A DNA stretch of 64,000 nt from Scenedesmus sp. PABB004 (GCA_014905635.1 JABVCE010000015.1:496001-560000), one strand, 5' to 3'; counted from the stretch's first letter, positions 50,225 through 61,629 are shown. Notes: generated by a model not told the origin, from the letters alone. Program-made: numbers and translations.

Positions 50225-51423
50225 GCGGCGGCGGGTGCTGAGAGCGTGACCAGTGAAACCACGCATCGAGCGTGGCAGGGCGCGGCAGCGGCTCACCGTC
50301 CCAGCAGCACACTGTCCCGGCACGCGCAGCGCCGCTGCCCGCGCGCCTGCAGCTACCGCAGAGAGCGCAGCGCCAGCCGAGGGACTGTTACCATGCGCAG
50401 CGGCGGCGGCGCCAGCCATTGGGCTGGTCTCCGGCGTGCCGTGCACAACCTGGCAGGCGGCGACAGCTGGTCAGATCCGTCGAGCAGTGTGGCTGCCGCT
50501 TTCATGAGATCATATGCACGCGAGCGGCGCGCCGTGGCCGCGTCGGGGGGAGAGGGGGAGGGCAAGTGCATTGGATGCGTGCCGCCGCGATCTGGCGCGG
50601 CGCCGCAAAATGCCCAGAGCTCAGCGGGCATGGGTGGGTCAGTGCTAGCACCGACCCAGCACAGGTATCAGCTCATGATCTCCACACGTGTGTGTGAGGT
50701 GGGTACGGTGTGCCGTGGTGCTGGGATGCAGATGATTAAGCCGACGACAGTGCTGCAAAGGAAGGCACTGCGACTACACACAAACAAGCACGTCGTGCCC
50801 GCGGGGCGGCGCCGGCCAGTCCTGGCCGAGCGACCGAGCATGCCGGCAAGCGAGACGCGCTCGCATGGGCTGAGGTGCACAGCGAGGCGATGCAGGGAGC
50901 AAGCGCAGCAGTGTGAAGGACAGGCCTCGTCCGCCGCCCAATCCAGTGAGTCAATGCAGCAGCCCCTAAATGGCGCGCGCGCACCTCCCTGCCGGTCACA
51001 AGGGCGCGTGCAGCCGCTGCCGCCACCTCGAATGGCGCGCTGGCGGCGCGCGCGCGGCGCGCCCCGGGGCGCGCAGCCCCTCGTCACGCCAGCGCGCGGC
51101 GACAGCCACCACCACACAACGCAGTGTTTGATTTTGTTGCGGACTCACACCCGGCCCAAAGGGGGCCGCGCTCTACCGGCAGTGCAGGGAAGTGCAGGCA
51201 AGTGCAGCGCTGCGCCCGCCCACGGGTTGTGCCCAGCCGGCCGCCCACGCGCCGCCGCGGCATGCGCGCAGCAGACCGACCGACCCACGCGCGCGAGCGC
51301 GCGCGCCAGCTCGGCGCGCGCGCGGCCGGGCCGCGCGCCGGCCGCGCCCAGCCCAGCTCAGCTTTTGCTCAGCTTGTGCTCAGCTCAGCTCAGCCTTGAG
51401 CTCAGCTCAGCCTTGAGCTCAGC

Positions 51424-54400
51424 TCAGGCGTACTTGAGGTATATGGTCTCGAAGAAAGGCGCGTCGGTGCGATAGAGCTGCAGCTGCACGCACTTGCCGG
51501 CGCCGGGCGACGCGCCGGTGTCAAACACGGCGCTGCTGACGCGCGTCTTTGCGTTGCAGCCGTCGCCGGGCGGGAGCTTGGTGGGCTTGAGCGCCGTGTA
51601 GTCGCCGGCCGGGCACGCCACGGGCACCGTGCCGACGATGATCTTGCTGAAGACCTTGGCCTTGCGCTTGGGGCACATGGCCTTGGCCGGGCCCGACCAG
51701 ACCTGGTACTCGAGCGCCACGCGGGCCTTGGCCGGCGCGGTCACGAGGCCCATCTTGAGTCGGTAGCTCTTGGACCACACGCAGAAGCTCTGGGTCCCGG
51801 CCATCGCGGTTGTGGCAGTGTACTCGACAAAGCCCTCGCTCGCCTTGCACGCGCACGACCCGCCCGCGCCGCACTTGCAGCCGGCCTTCTCCGTGCACAG
51901 CCCGTTGGCGGCGCAGCCCGTGCCGCACGCGTTGGAGGGCGGCGGGCTCGGGCCACCGCCGCCGGTCGTGCAGGTCGCGCTGCCGCCGGCGCAGGTGCCG
52001 CCGCTGCACGCGGTGCCGGCGGCGGCAAAGGCGTAGGCGCAGGTCTTGGTGCCGGCGGACTGGCAGAAGCTGGTGGCCGCGTCGCAGCTGGCAACGGGCG
52101 TGCCTGCGGGCCGGCGGGCGGCCGCGTGAGCTCGCGCGGGCACCAGCCAGCAGCCCCGCCGCGCTGCTCCGCTGGCGCCGCGGCGGGGCCGCCCCGCGCC
52201 CCACCCGAGGCGAGGTCCACGCAGGCCGGCACGGTCAGGTTCTGGCACGACGGGTCGGTGGGCGGCGCGTGGTCGCCGTTGCCGCCGCCGGCGTCGGGGT
52301 AAATCTTTTTCAGGCAGTCCCACGCCGCCTTGGCGTTGACCACGCCGCCGGCCACGGAGCTGCCGGGTTGGCTGTACTTGACCGTGCGGTCGGCGGTGGA
52401 CGTGAGGCAGGTCAGGACCTGCGCCGCGGTGGCGTCAGGGTACGCGTTGCGCAGCAGCAGCGCCGTGCCGGTGACGTGCGGCGTCGCCTGGCTCGTGCCT
52501 GCGCGGCGCGGCGCGGCGCGGCGCGGCGGCAGGGCGGGCGGCGCGGGTCGGCGGCGTGGCGCAGCGCGCCGGCGGGGCGGGCGCGGCAGGCGCGTGCGGG
52601 CCCCGCTCGCGCCTGGCGCCGCAGCGCGAGCGCGGCGCAGCACGCAGCGTGCGCTCACCGGTCATGAGCACGCCCGCCCAGTGGTCGCTGGTGGCGATGC
52701 CGTCCGACCCGATCCGGGTGCCCTGCACACGCGCGAGGGGCGGGAGCGGGCAGGCCGCGTGGTGAGCGCCAGCCCGCGCGGCGCCCGCCGCGCGGGCGGT
52801 CGCAGCGCGAGGGCGGTTGCAGCGCCGCGGCCGCGCCGCCGGCGGCGGCGCGGGCGCCTCACCGGCGCGACGATGCCGACGCTGGCGCCCCAGTTGCTCG
52901 CCGAGTTGAGCGTGTCCATGGGATCGGGCATGACGTTGCCCACCGCCAGCACGCACGGCAGGTCACCCGCGAGCGAGGCGGGGAACCAGGCCTGCGGGGG
53001 CGGTGCCGGCGCGGTGTAGGCGCACGCGGGGTGAGCGCGCGCGCAGCAAGGGCCGGCGCACGGCGCGCAGCGCGCGGGGGGCGCGGGGCGCGCTGCGCGG
53101 CGGCGCACGATGTTGGGCGTGACGGTCACGCCGTCGGGCTGCAGGCCCGAGTTGTGCACGTCCACGCCGACGTAGTCGCACGGGTCGACGTCGGCGCCGC
53201 CCGCGCCCGCGCCGCAGCCCGCGCCGACGGGCACGCCGTTGCCCGCGGCCACGACTGCCATGCCGCCCGCGGCGCAGAGCTTGTCGAGCATCGCGCGCTG
53301 GAAGTCGGCGTTGGAGTCGGCCGCGGGCGAGGGCGCGCCGAGACTGAGATTGATCACCCAGTGCGCGTTCCTGGCGATCGCGTGGTCGATGCACTTGGCA
53401 ATGTCGGACGGCCACGACGAGCCGGTGTCGCCGAACGAGTTGCAGCTGCGCGGCGCGGCGGCGGCGGCGGCGCGCGCGCATCAGGTCCGCCGGTGCTGGC
53501 AGCCGTCGGCGCCGGGCGGGCGGGGGCTGGGGCGGCGGACTGCGCGCGGCGCGGCGTGCTGACCTGATCATGGTGTTGTAGGTGGGCCCCATGATGCCGG
53601 CAATGCCGCGCGTGTCGGCCTGGCCCTTGTACGACCCCCACCCGCCGGCGATGGTGCCAAACACCTGCGCGCGCGCGCGCGCGCGCACGGGCGCCGCCGC
53701 GTGAGGCGCGCGAGGCAGCGAGCGCGCGCGCGCGCGAGCGCGCGGGCGCGCGGGGGCGGGACGTCGCGTGATGGCGCAGCGGCGCTCACGTGCGTGCCGT
53801 GGTTGCTCGTCGACGACACGCCGCCGGCGGGGAGGTTGTTGGAGTCGGCGGAGAAGGTGACTGAGTTGGCGGCGTCGATCTGGGGCGCGATGTCATAGTT
53901 GGTCGGGTCGACGCCGTCGTCGATGACCGTGCCGGGCTTAGTGATCGCCTTCAGCGGCATGTCCGAGCCCATCGCCGCCCACACCTCTGCGCGCCGGGCC
54001 GGGCCGGGGGAGGAGAGGGGGTGAGCCGCGCGGGCGCGCGCGCGCGCGGGCGGCGGCGCGCGAGCGCCGGCGGGCGCGGGCGCGCGGCGCGGCGTGCGCC
54101 CGCGCAGCAGCCGCGCACCTGGGACCTGGATCCGCTTGATCCCCCAGATGTTGTCGCTGCAGCCGCTCGGGCCGCCGTGGCACTCGTCGGGCATGCCGGC
54201 GGGCGCCATGAGCGGCGCCGGCGCCGCCGCCGCGCTGCCGGCGCCGCCGCGGCGCCGGTCGCCCAACGTGACCACGGGCGCCTCGGTGCTCTGCGGCTCG
54301 AGCGCCGCGGGCGCAGGGCCGCCGTGGCGCAGGGGCACCTCCTCGCCGATCGACGCAAACAGTGGCGCCGACGCGCCCCCCGCGGCCGCGGCCTCGGCGC

Positions 54401-55100
54401 CGCCGCCGGAACCGGCGGCGCTCCCGTCGCGCAGCGCGCGTATGGCCGCCGCGGTCGCGTCGCGCGTCGCCGCGGGCGCGAGCAGCACCCAGCAGTCCAC
54501 GGGCAGCTGCTCCTGGAAGCTCAGGCCCACCGCCGCCGCGGCGGCCGCGACGCGGCTCAGCGTCGCGACCGAGAGCGCGCCGGCGTCGCCGGTCGCCGCG
54601 GCGACCGCGCCGCCGCCCTGCTGCGCCGCGCAGGCCTCGGGGCTGAGCTTGGCGAGCACGCGGGGCGCGCGCTCAGCGGCGGCCGCGCCTGCGGGCGGTG
54701 GCGGTGGCGGGCGGCGGGGGCGGGCGGTGGCGGGCGGGCAATCAGCAGCAGCGGTGACCGCCCCGGTGAGGCGGCGCGGCGCGGTCCCGCCGCGCGGCCA
54801 ACGCCCTCAGGCGGCTCCGCTGCGTTCCCGAGTTCCGCGGGCGCGCGCCGGAGGCCCCCGGGGGCCTGGCTGGCGCCGCACAACATCTGTGCAACTTCAT
54901 GGTGCACCTCCCGCCGGACAAACGCCCCGCGAGCCCGCCCACGGTGGCGCTGAGCGGCCAGGACGCACGCCCACGCAGCCGGCGGGGCGCGCGCGGCCCC
55001 AGCGCGCGGCCCCGGGTCCCTTCCGGCCCTCACCGGCAGCAGCGACGGCGGCGGCCAGCGCCAGCGCCAGGGGCAGCAGCGCCCGGCTGCTTCGAGCCAT
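51424..55100 (-). CDS. Secreted subtilisin-like serine protease (S8) with Cys-rich C-terminal modules, multi-exon
   Basis: Signal peptide MARSSRALLPLALALAAAVAAA; IWGIKRI; catalytic motifs VIDDGVD, NHGTH|VFGTIAG, INLSLG, VVAAGNG, T|GTSQATPHVTG; EGF-like Cys pattern near the C-terminus. Confidence 0.88.
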
Positions 55101-55272
55101 GGCGAGCGTGGGGGAGCGGCTGGCGCGCTGGCGCCGCTGCCGATACACTCTTGGCAGCGCGAGCGCGGTGCTGTTGTGCCGCGCTGAGCCTGTTCCTGGA
55201 CGTCCACACACCGCAGCGCACACTGGACGGGGCGCCGGCCGGGCCGGGGGCGTGCTGTGTGAGCCTGGGACA

Positions 55273-55314
55273 GCCCAGCGCCGACTGCCCAGCGCCGACT
55301 GCCCAGCGCCGACT
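55273..55314. repeat. 14-bp tandem repeat GCCCAGCGCCGACT (3 copies) upstream of the subtilisin start
   Basis: Read directly. Confidence 0.8.
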
Positions 55315-55564
55315 CACGCCGCCGCGCCCGGACGCGCTGCGCCACACAGCGATACTCACGGACGCGGCGATCGCATGGTCGAACGCGGCGCGGGGCGCTG
55401 CGGCCGCGGACCTGCTGACCATTGCCCCGGGGTGACGAATTCCGTTTGAACGCGCCCAGCTCGCGTTGCGGCCCCGACTGCGCCTCGGTCACACTGCAGA
55501 GGCGCCGCGGCGGGCCGCGGCGGCCGCGGGCGGCGGCGCGCGCGCGAGCGCTCCAGGCGCCGCG

Positions 55565-55786
55565 CTGCTCAGCTTGCCTCGGCGGCCGCGGCGACAGCGG
55601 GCAGCACGCCCGCCTGCGCCAGCAGCTCCGCGGCTCGCCCGCTCGCCATGAGCGCCGCGGTGTCGTCGCCGCCGCCGACGAAGCGGCCGCCGATGAAGAC
55701 GCGCGGCACCGTGCGCGCGCCGGTGAGCGCGCCGAGCGCGTCCTGCAGCGCCGGCGCGCCGAGCGGCCCGCGCGCGTCGGCCGGCG
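55565..55786 (-). repeat. 222-bp direct duplicate of 58108-58329 (C-terminal half of the glutaredoxin domain, no active site)
   Basis: Aligned by eye with three substitutions; encodes ...LQDALGALTGARTVPRVFIGGRFVGGGDD...EAS*. Confidence 0.9.
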
Positions 55787-56416
55787 GCGGGGCAGGGCGG
55801 CGGCGGGGCGGGGCGGCCGCTGCGGCGGGGCGTCAGGCGGCGGGGCGGGTCCCGCGTCGCCGCGCCGCGCCGCGTCGCTGTTCCTGCTGCTGTCGCCGCC
55901 GCCCGCGTGCGTGCCAGCGCGCTCGCCTCGCGGCCGTTGGAGAGCTGGTCGACGCATGGCCGTCACGTGACCGTGCACGTCGACAAGCTGAGCAACGGCC
56001 GCAAGGCGAGCGCGCTGGGACCCCCGAGGCCCGGCACCACCTCGTGTCGGCCGGCCGGCGCGGGCGCGCTCGCCCCGCCGCCGCCGTCCCGCCGCTGCCG
56101 CCGCCACGCCCGCGCGCCTTGCCCGGCAGCGCCACGACGAGGGAGTGCTCATCGTAGTGCTGCTGGCCAAGGTGCGCGGGTCGGCCTCGCGGTCGGCGGC
56201 CGGGGGCCAAGAACGGGCCCGCCGTCGCGCCCTCCCGCACCATCGGCGCGTCCCGGGTGTGCCGGCACACCCGCAGGGCCTGATGGTGCAGTGGAGGGCG
56301 CGCACGCAACCCCAGCGTCACCCCAACACCCCCGGCCTCGCGCCGCCGCGCCGCCGCACGCATGCACATGCACATGCACATGGCCGGCCAGGTGTGTGCA
56401 CAGAGCCGTCACAGTT

Positions 56417-57616
56417 CGCCGGCGGGTCGCACGCGTGCTGAACGCTGCCCGCGCAGCCAAGCTTGCGCAGGAAGTGTTCAGCACGCGTGCTGCCCGCGGG
56501 CGTCCTTGCGCGGGGCGGTGCCGCGCGAGGCGCGGCGCAAGGCCCGGGTGCGGCCGGCCCCGCGCGGCGAGCCCAGGCCGGCGGCGGCTGCCCGCCCGAC
56601 CACCGACGACACACGCGCTCGGCCAGGCGGTCCAGGCTGCTGCACTTGAGCACACGTCGTCATACTCGTGTCCAAGCTTGGCCACTCGCATGTGGAGACG
56701 TGTGCTCCAGTGCAGCAGCCTGGACGCTGCCTTGGCCATGCAGTGCAGTGGTATCAAAAGCCGCCGAGAGGGCCAGGCCACCGCCTGCGCGTGCGTGTGC
56801 GTGTGCGCAGGAGCGGGCAGGAGGGGCAGGCGGGCGCCGCGCGCGCGTCGCGCCGCACGTGCACGTGCGCTGCACGCTCGCCTGCGCCGCGCGCTGCCGA
56901 GCGCAGCGCACCGCCTGGACCGCGCCGCGGCAGTCCCAGACTCGCCACAGGGCAGCCCGAGCTGCAGGCCGCCCGTCGCCCCGGCCGTCGGCGCCGCGCG
57001 GGATGGGCTGGTGCCCCTGGCTGAGGCGCCTGGGGCAACAGCCCATCGCGCGCGGCGCCGTCACCCAGCCATGGCGCGCAGACCTGCGGCTCTGCGTGCG
57101 CCGCGCGCGCGCGCACATGCCGCCGCCCGCCGGGCCGCCTGGTCGCTTGCAGCGACCTCCGCCCGCGCGCGCGCGCGAGCGCCGCCTGGCGTGGCGCGGC
57201 GCGCGCGCGCGCGAGCCCTCACCGCGCTGCCGAGGTCGGCGTGGATCGCGGGCCCATGGCTGGACTCCATGCAGACGGACACAAGACCCCAGCCGACCTC
57301 GGCAGCGCGGCGGATCATGCTGCGGGGCGCGCCGTCCAAGGTGTTGGCAGCGCTGAGCCCGGCGCTCTGCCCCGGCCGCCGGCGCCGCGCGCGATGGGCT
57401 GGTGCCCCAGGCCGCAGCCGAGGCAATCAGCCATCGCGCGCGGTGCCGTCGCCCCCCGGCCGAGGCTGCACACATTGGGCGGTTTGGGGCGAGCGAGCGG
57501 CCTGGGCCGTGCCCGGAGCAGCCGACGTGGCGTGGCGGCACTCGCACGCGTGGTGCAGCTGGCCCGTGGCAAAGCAATCGTATTTCAAACACGTGATTTG
57601 CCAACCACGGCCAGCT
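56417..57616. ncRNA. Cluster of about six long stem-loops (candidate miRNA precursors)
   Basis: Inverted repeats at 56417-56502, 56621-56737, 56989-57060, 57222-57310, 57380-57448 and 57557-57616. The hairpins are seen directly; RNA function is inferred. Confidence 0.5.
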
Positions 57617-58080
57617 CCTGCGCGGCGGCGGCAGCCGGCGGCGGCGCGCGCGCGTGCGCGGGCGTCAGCGCGCGAAGCAGCAGCAGCAGCAGCGCGCAGG
57701 CGGCGCGCCGCCCCGCCGCGCCGGCCCGCCCCGGGCGGCTGTGGCAGGCCGCCCGCCGGCGCCCAGGTGGTGCGCCCGGCCCCGGCCCGTGCCGCCGCGG
57801 CCTGCGCCGCCGCGGGGCCGCGCCGCGCCCGCGTGCGCGCGGCGCTGCTGCCCCGGCGCGGCGTGCTCGCCGATCGCCCGCATGCGCGCCCGCCGGGTCG
57901 CAGCGCACGTCCCTGGTCACGCCAACGCACCTTCGGCGCGCAGCGCAGGGCTGGGCGCGTCGCGGGATGGCGGGCGCGACGCGGGGCGGCAGCAACAGAC
58001 CCAGCAGCGGGCCGGGCCCACACCGCAGCAGCGAGGGGCGCAGCTGCTGGGCGCTCGGCCTGTTAGCGCAGCCCAGCCAG

Positions 58081-58085
58081 TTACA
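58081..58085 (-). promoter_or_regulatory. UGUAA polyadenylation signal
   Basis: TTACA on + (TGTAA on -), about 27 nt downstream of the stop at 58112. Confidence 0.55.
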
Positions 58086-58111
58086 CAGCGCATTGCTCGA
58101 GCGCTCCCTGC

Positions 58112-61100
58112 TCAGCTTGCCTCGGCGGCCGCGGCGACAGCGGGCAGCACGCCCGCCTGCGCCAGCAGCTCCGCGGCTCGCCCGCTCGCCACGAGCGCCG
58201 CGGTGTCGTCGCCGCCGCCGACGAAGCGGCCGCCGATGAAGACACGCGGCACCGTGCGCGCGCCGGTGAGCGCGCCGAGCGCGTCCTGCAGCGCCGGCGC
58301 GCCGAGCGGCCCGCGCGCGTCCGCCGGCGCGAGCGCGCCCGACGCGCCGCCGGGCTGGCCCAGCTGGTCCAGCTCGACGACCGACAGCGCGCCCAGACGG
58401 CCGGCCGGGCGCAGCACCGACGCGAGCGCGTCCTTGGCCTTGAGCGAATAAGGGCAGTAGGTCTTGCTGAACACCACCAGCGGCCGCGCCGCGACCAGGC
58501 CCGCCACCCAGCGCGCCGCGCGCTCAGCCTCCGACGCTTCGTCCTGCTCCTGCTCCTGCACCTGCTGCTGCTGCTCCTGCTGCTGCTGCTCCTGCTCCTG
58601 CTGCTCCTGATACTGCTGCTCCTGCTCCTGCTGCTCCTGATACTGCTGCTGCTCCTGCTGCTGCGCCTGCGCTGTGCCGGGCGGCAGGTCCACGTAGCTC
58701 ACATAGTCCCCCGCCAGGTTGCCTGCGCGCAGCGGCGGCGGCGGGCGGCGGGCGGTGGGCCCCGGCGCCGCGGGCGGTGGTGTGCCCCGCCGCGCGCGCC
58801 CGGCCCGCGCGGCCGCTGCGCGGCGCGGCGCGCACCGAGGAAGAGACGGCCGCCGTGCTCCAGCGCGGCGGACACGGTCGACACGTGCGTGCCGTCGGGG
58901 TCCATCAGCCAGTCGAGCACGCGGCCGCTGCCGCCGTCGACCTGCGCGGCGCGGCGCGGCGCGCTCGGACCGCGCGCGGCGCGCTCGGCGCGCGCCCGCC
59001 CGCCCGGCCGCCGCCGCGGGCGCGTCGCCGCGCGCTGCGCGTCGCCGCACCTTGGCGACCGCGCCCCACTTTTTGAGCGGCGGGCGCGCCCAGTCGGGCA
59101 GCCACGCGTACACCGCGCGCACGGCGGGGTCGCGCAGCAGGCGCGCGATCGGCGGCACGGGCGACACGAGCGCGACCCAGAACGCGCCGTCCGGCGCCGC
59201 GCTCACGCCGTCGGGCGGGCCCGGCAGGCGCTCGAGCAGCGGCTCGTGGGTCCCCGCCTGCGGTCAGCAGCGCGGTGCGGGCACGCTGAGCTCGGCGGCG
59301 CGCCGAGCCCGGCGCGCGCGCGGCGCGCAGCGCCGACGCGCGCCGCCACGGCCGCCGCTGCGGGCGCAGCCGCGGGCGCAGCCGCCGCTGCCGCGCCTTG
59401 GGCCCGGTGAGCCAGAATTTGAGCAGGCGGATGCGGTCCGTCTCCGCGAGCACCAGGTAGCTCTCGTCCGCCGCGAGCGCGACGCCGTTGGCGTAGTAAA
59501 ACCCCTGCGCGGCGGCCGCGGCGCGGTCCGGCGGGCGCCGCGCGTGCTTTCAGGGAGGGCCGCAGGAGGAGGCGTCCGGGCAGCAGGGTTGGCGGCGGCG
59601 CGGCGCAGGGGCGTGCGCGGCGGCGTGCGCGTTCTCAGGCCGGCCCGGCGGAGGCGGCGAGCGCAAGCGGGCGGGCGGGCGCACCTTGGCCAGCACCGCC
59701 GTCTCGCCCGTGGCGGGGTCGTACCGCAGCAGTCGGCCGCGCGGCAGGCCCTGCGCGCGGCAGGGGCGCGCCGACGGCGGCGGCGGCGTCAGGAGAGCGC
59801 TGCGGCGGCCGGTGCGCCCCCGCGCACGCCGCTGCACCCCGCGACCCCGCTCGCCGCGTGCCTGCGCGAGGCCGAGCATCCACGCGCGGAAGGTGTCTCG
59901 GTACCCGCCGGGCGCCAGGCTGGGCGCGATGTCGGTGCAGGCGGTGAAGTAGACGCGGCCGTCAGAGGCGACCGCGAGGTCGTTTGCATACACGATCGGC
60001 GTGCTGCGCAGCGGAGATGCGAGCGCGGGCGCAGGCGCGGACGTGTGGGCGGCGCGCGTGCGGGCAGAGGGGCCGCGCGGCGGCACGGCGGCGGCGGCGG
60101 CGGTCGCGGCGGCGGCGGGCGCAGCAGCGGCGGCCGCGGCGGCGGCGCGCACCCCGGGTCGATGGGCGACGAGGCGCTCACGCGGTCGGCGAGCACCGTG
60201 GTGGAGTTGTCGGCGTAGCTGTACTTCACGAGGCCCTGGCGCGCGGGCGCGGCGGAGCACGGGCGAGCGGGGCGGCAAGTTAGGCAGGAGGGCGGGAGGC
60301 GCGCTAAGCCCGCGCCCGCTGCTTGCTGCGCGCGCGGGCGCCGCCGCACCGCGTTGGAGTCGCAGACGAGCAGGTCGCCGGCGGCGTCAAAGTGATACCC
60401 GAGCGGGCGCCCGCCGCCGAGCGCCGCGCGCGGCCGCGGCGCGAGATCGTAGCCGCCGCCGCCCGGCGCGCGCGCCGCCTCCAGCAGGCGGCCGTAGCGG
60501 TCCAGCAGCGCGAGGCCGCCGCCCGGCGCGACGGCGACCGACTCTGCGCGGCGGCGGCGGTGCGGCGTGGGCGTGGGCGCGGCGGGGGCGGCTGGCTGTG
60601 CGGCCGCTGCGGGCGCCATTGCGAGCACCGCCGCCGGGGGTGCCCACGCACCAGCGCCGAGCACGCGGCCCTCAAACAGCCGCACGGCGTCTCGCAGCCG
60701 CGTGTTGGGCGCAAAGGGGCCCTGCAAGTGGGCCGGCGCGGCGGCGCGGGCGGCGTCAGCGGCCCGCGGCGGGCTGGCTGGAGGCGGCGGCGGCGTCGCC
60801 CGCCGCTGCGTCGGCCCCCCTCCAGGCCGCCCACCTCTAGCGGCGCCGGCCGCCACGGCAGCACGTCCTCGCTGACCACGTGGACGTAGTGGCCGTGCGC
60901 CGGCGCCGGCAGCGGCACGCGCAGCTGGCCTGCGCGGGCGCGGCGCGGCGAGCAGCGGCGGCAGCGCTCGGTCCCGCGCCGCCGCCCCGGCGCGCCCCAG
61001 GGCGCTCCGCTGCGCGGCGCGACCGGCTGGCAGGACGTTCCCGGAGCTGGGGGGCTGCTGAAATCGTGGTGCCCAGCCGCCAGGCCTCGGTTTGTTGGGC

Positions 61101-61304
61101 GCATCAACTCGCGCTGCTGCTGCCGCCGCGCCCCGCGGCCCTGCGGCCCCCGCGCGCCGCCCACGCACCGCCGCTGATGAGCGCAACCACCCCCGCCAGC
61201 GCCAGCGCCAAAACTGGTCCCAGGCCTTTGCTGCTGCCCGCCCCGCCAAAGCTGCTGCGCCGCCGCCGCAGCGCCGGCGCGCCCGGCTGCAAGGTCGACG
61301 GCAT
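58112..61304 (-). CDS. Strictosidine-synthase-like/APMAP beta-propeller fused to a C-terminal CPYS glutaredoxin, about 10 exons
   Basis: N-terminal signal anchor; GRPLGYHFD, YANDLAVASDGRVYFT, GRLLRYDPATGET, FYYANGVAL...LVLAET, LPGPPDGV. The last exon runs GNLAGDYVSYVDL, a Q/E linker, VVFSKTYCPYS...TVPRVFIGGRFVGGGDD with no stop. Confidence 0.88.
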
Positions 61305-61629
61305 ACAAATGAGCGACCACGACGCGCCGGCGGGCCGAAATGATCAAGCAGCGCGGCGCTGCCCGCGTTCAGTGCGCGCGCTGCCCGTCCCGGGGCGTCG
61401 CTGGGCGCGTTCGAGCGAGAGCTAGAGCCTCTCCTGTGCGCTGTCGCAGACCGCGGCGGAGCGGAGCGGCGGCGCGCGGCGGCGCAAGGCGACGACGCTG
61501 CGCCGCCGCCCGCGACGGCGCCGGCCGGCCGGCCAGCTCTCACGCCTCCCGCCTCACTGCACCACTCGGACCTCACAGCCGCGCGATCGCACGCCGCCCG
61601 CACGCGCCCCCGCGCCGCCGCGCGCCACG

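Noticed and set aside
50246..51475. 409-aa + strand ORF
   Set aside because: It has no recognisable motif, lacks the strong GC3 bias of the real genes, and overlaps the subtilisin 3' end.
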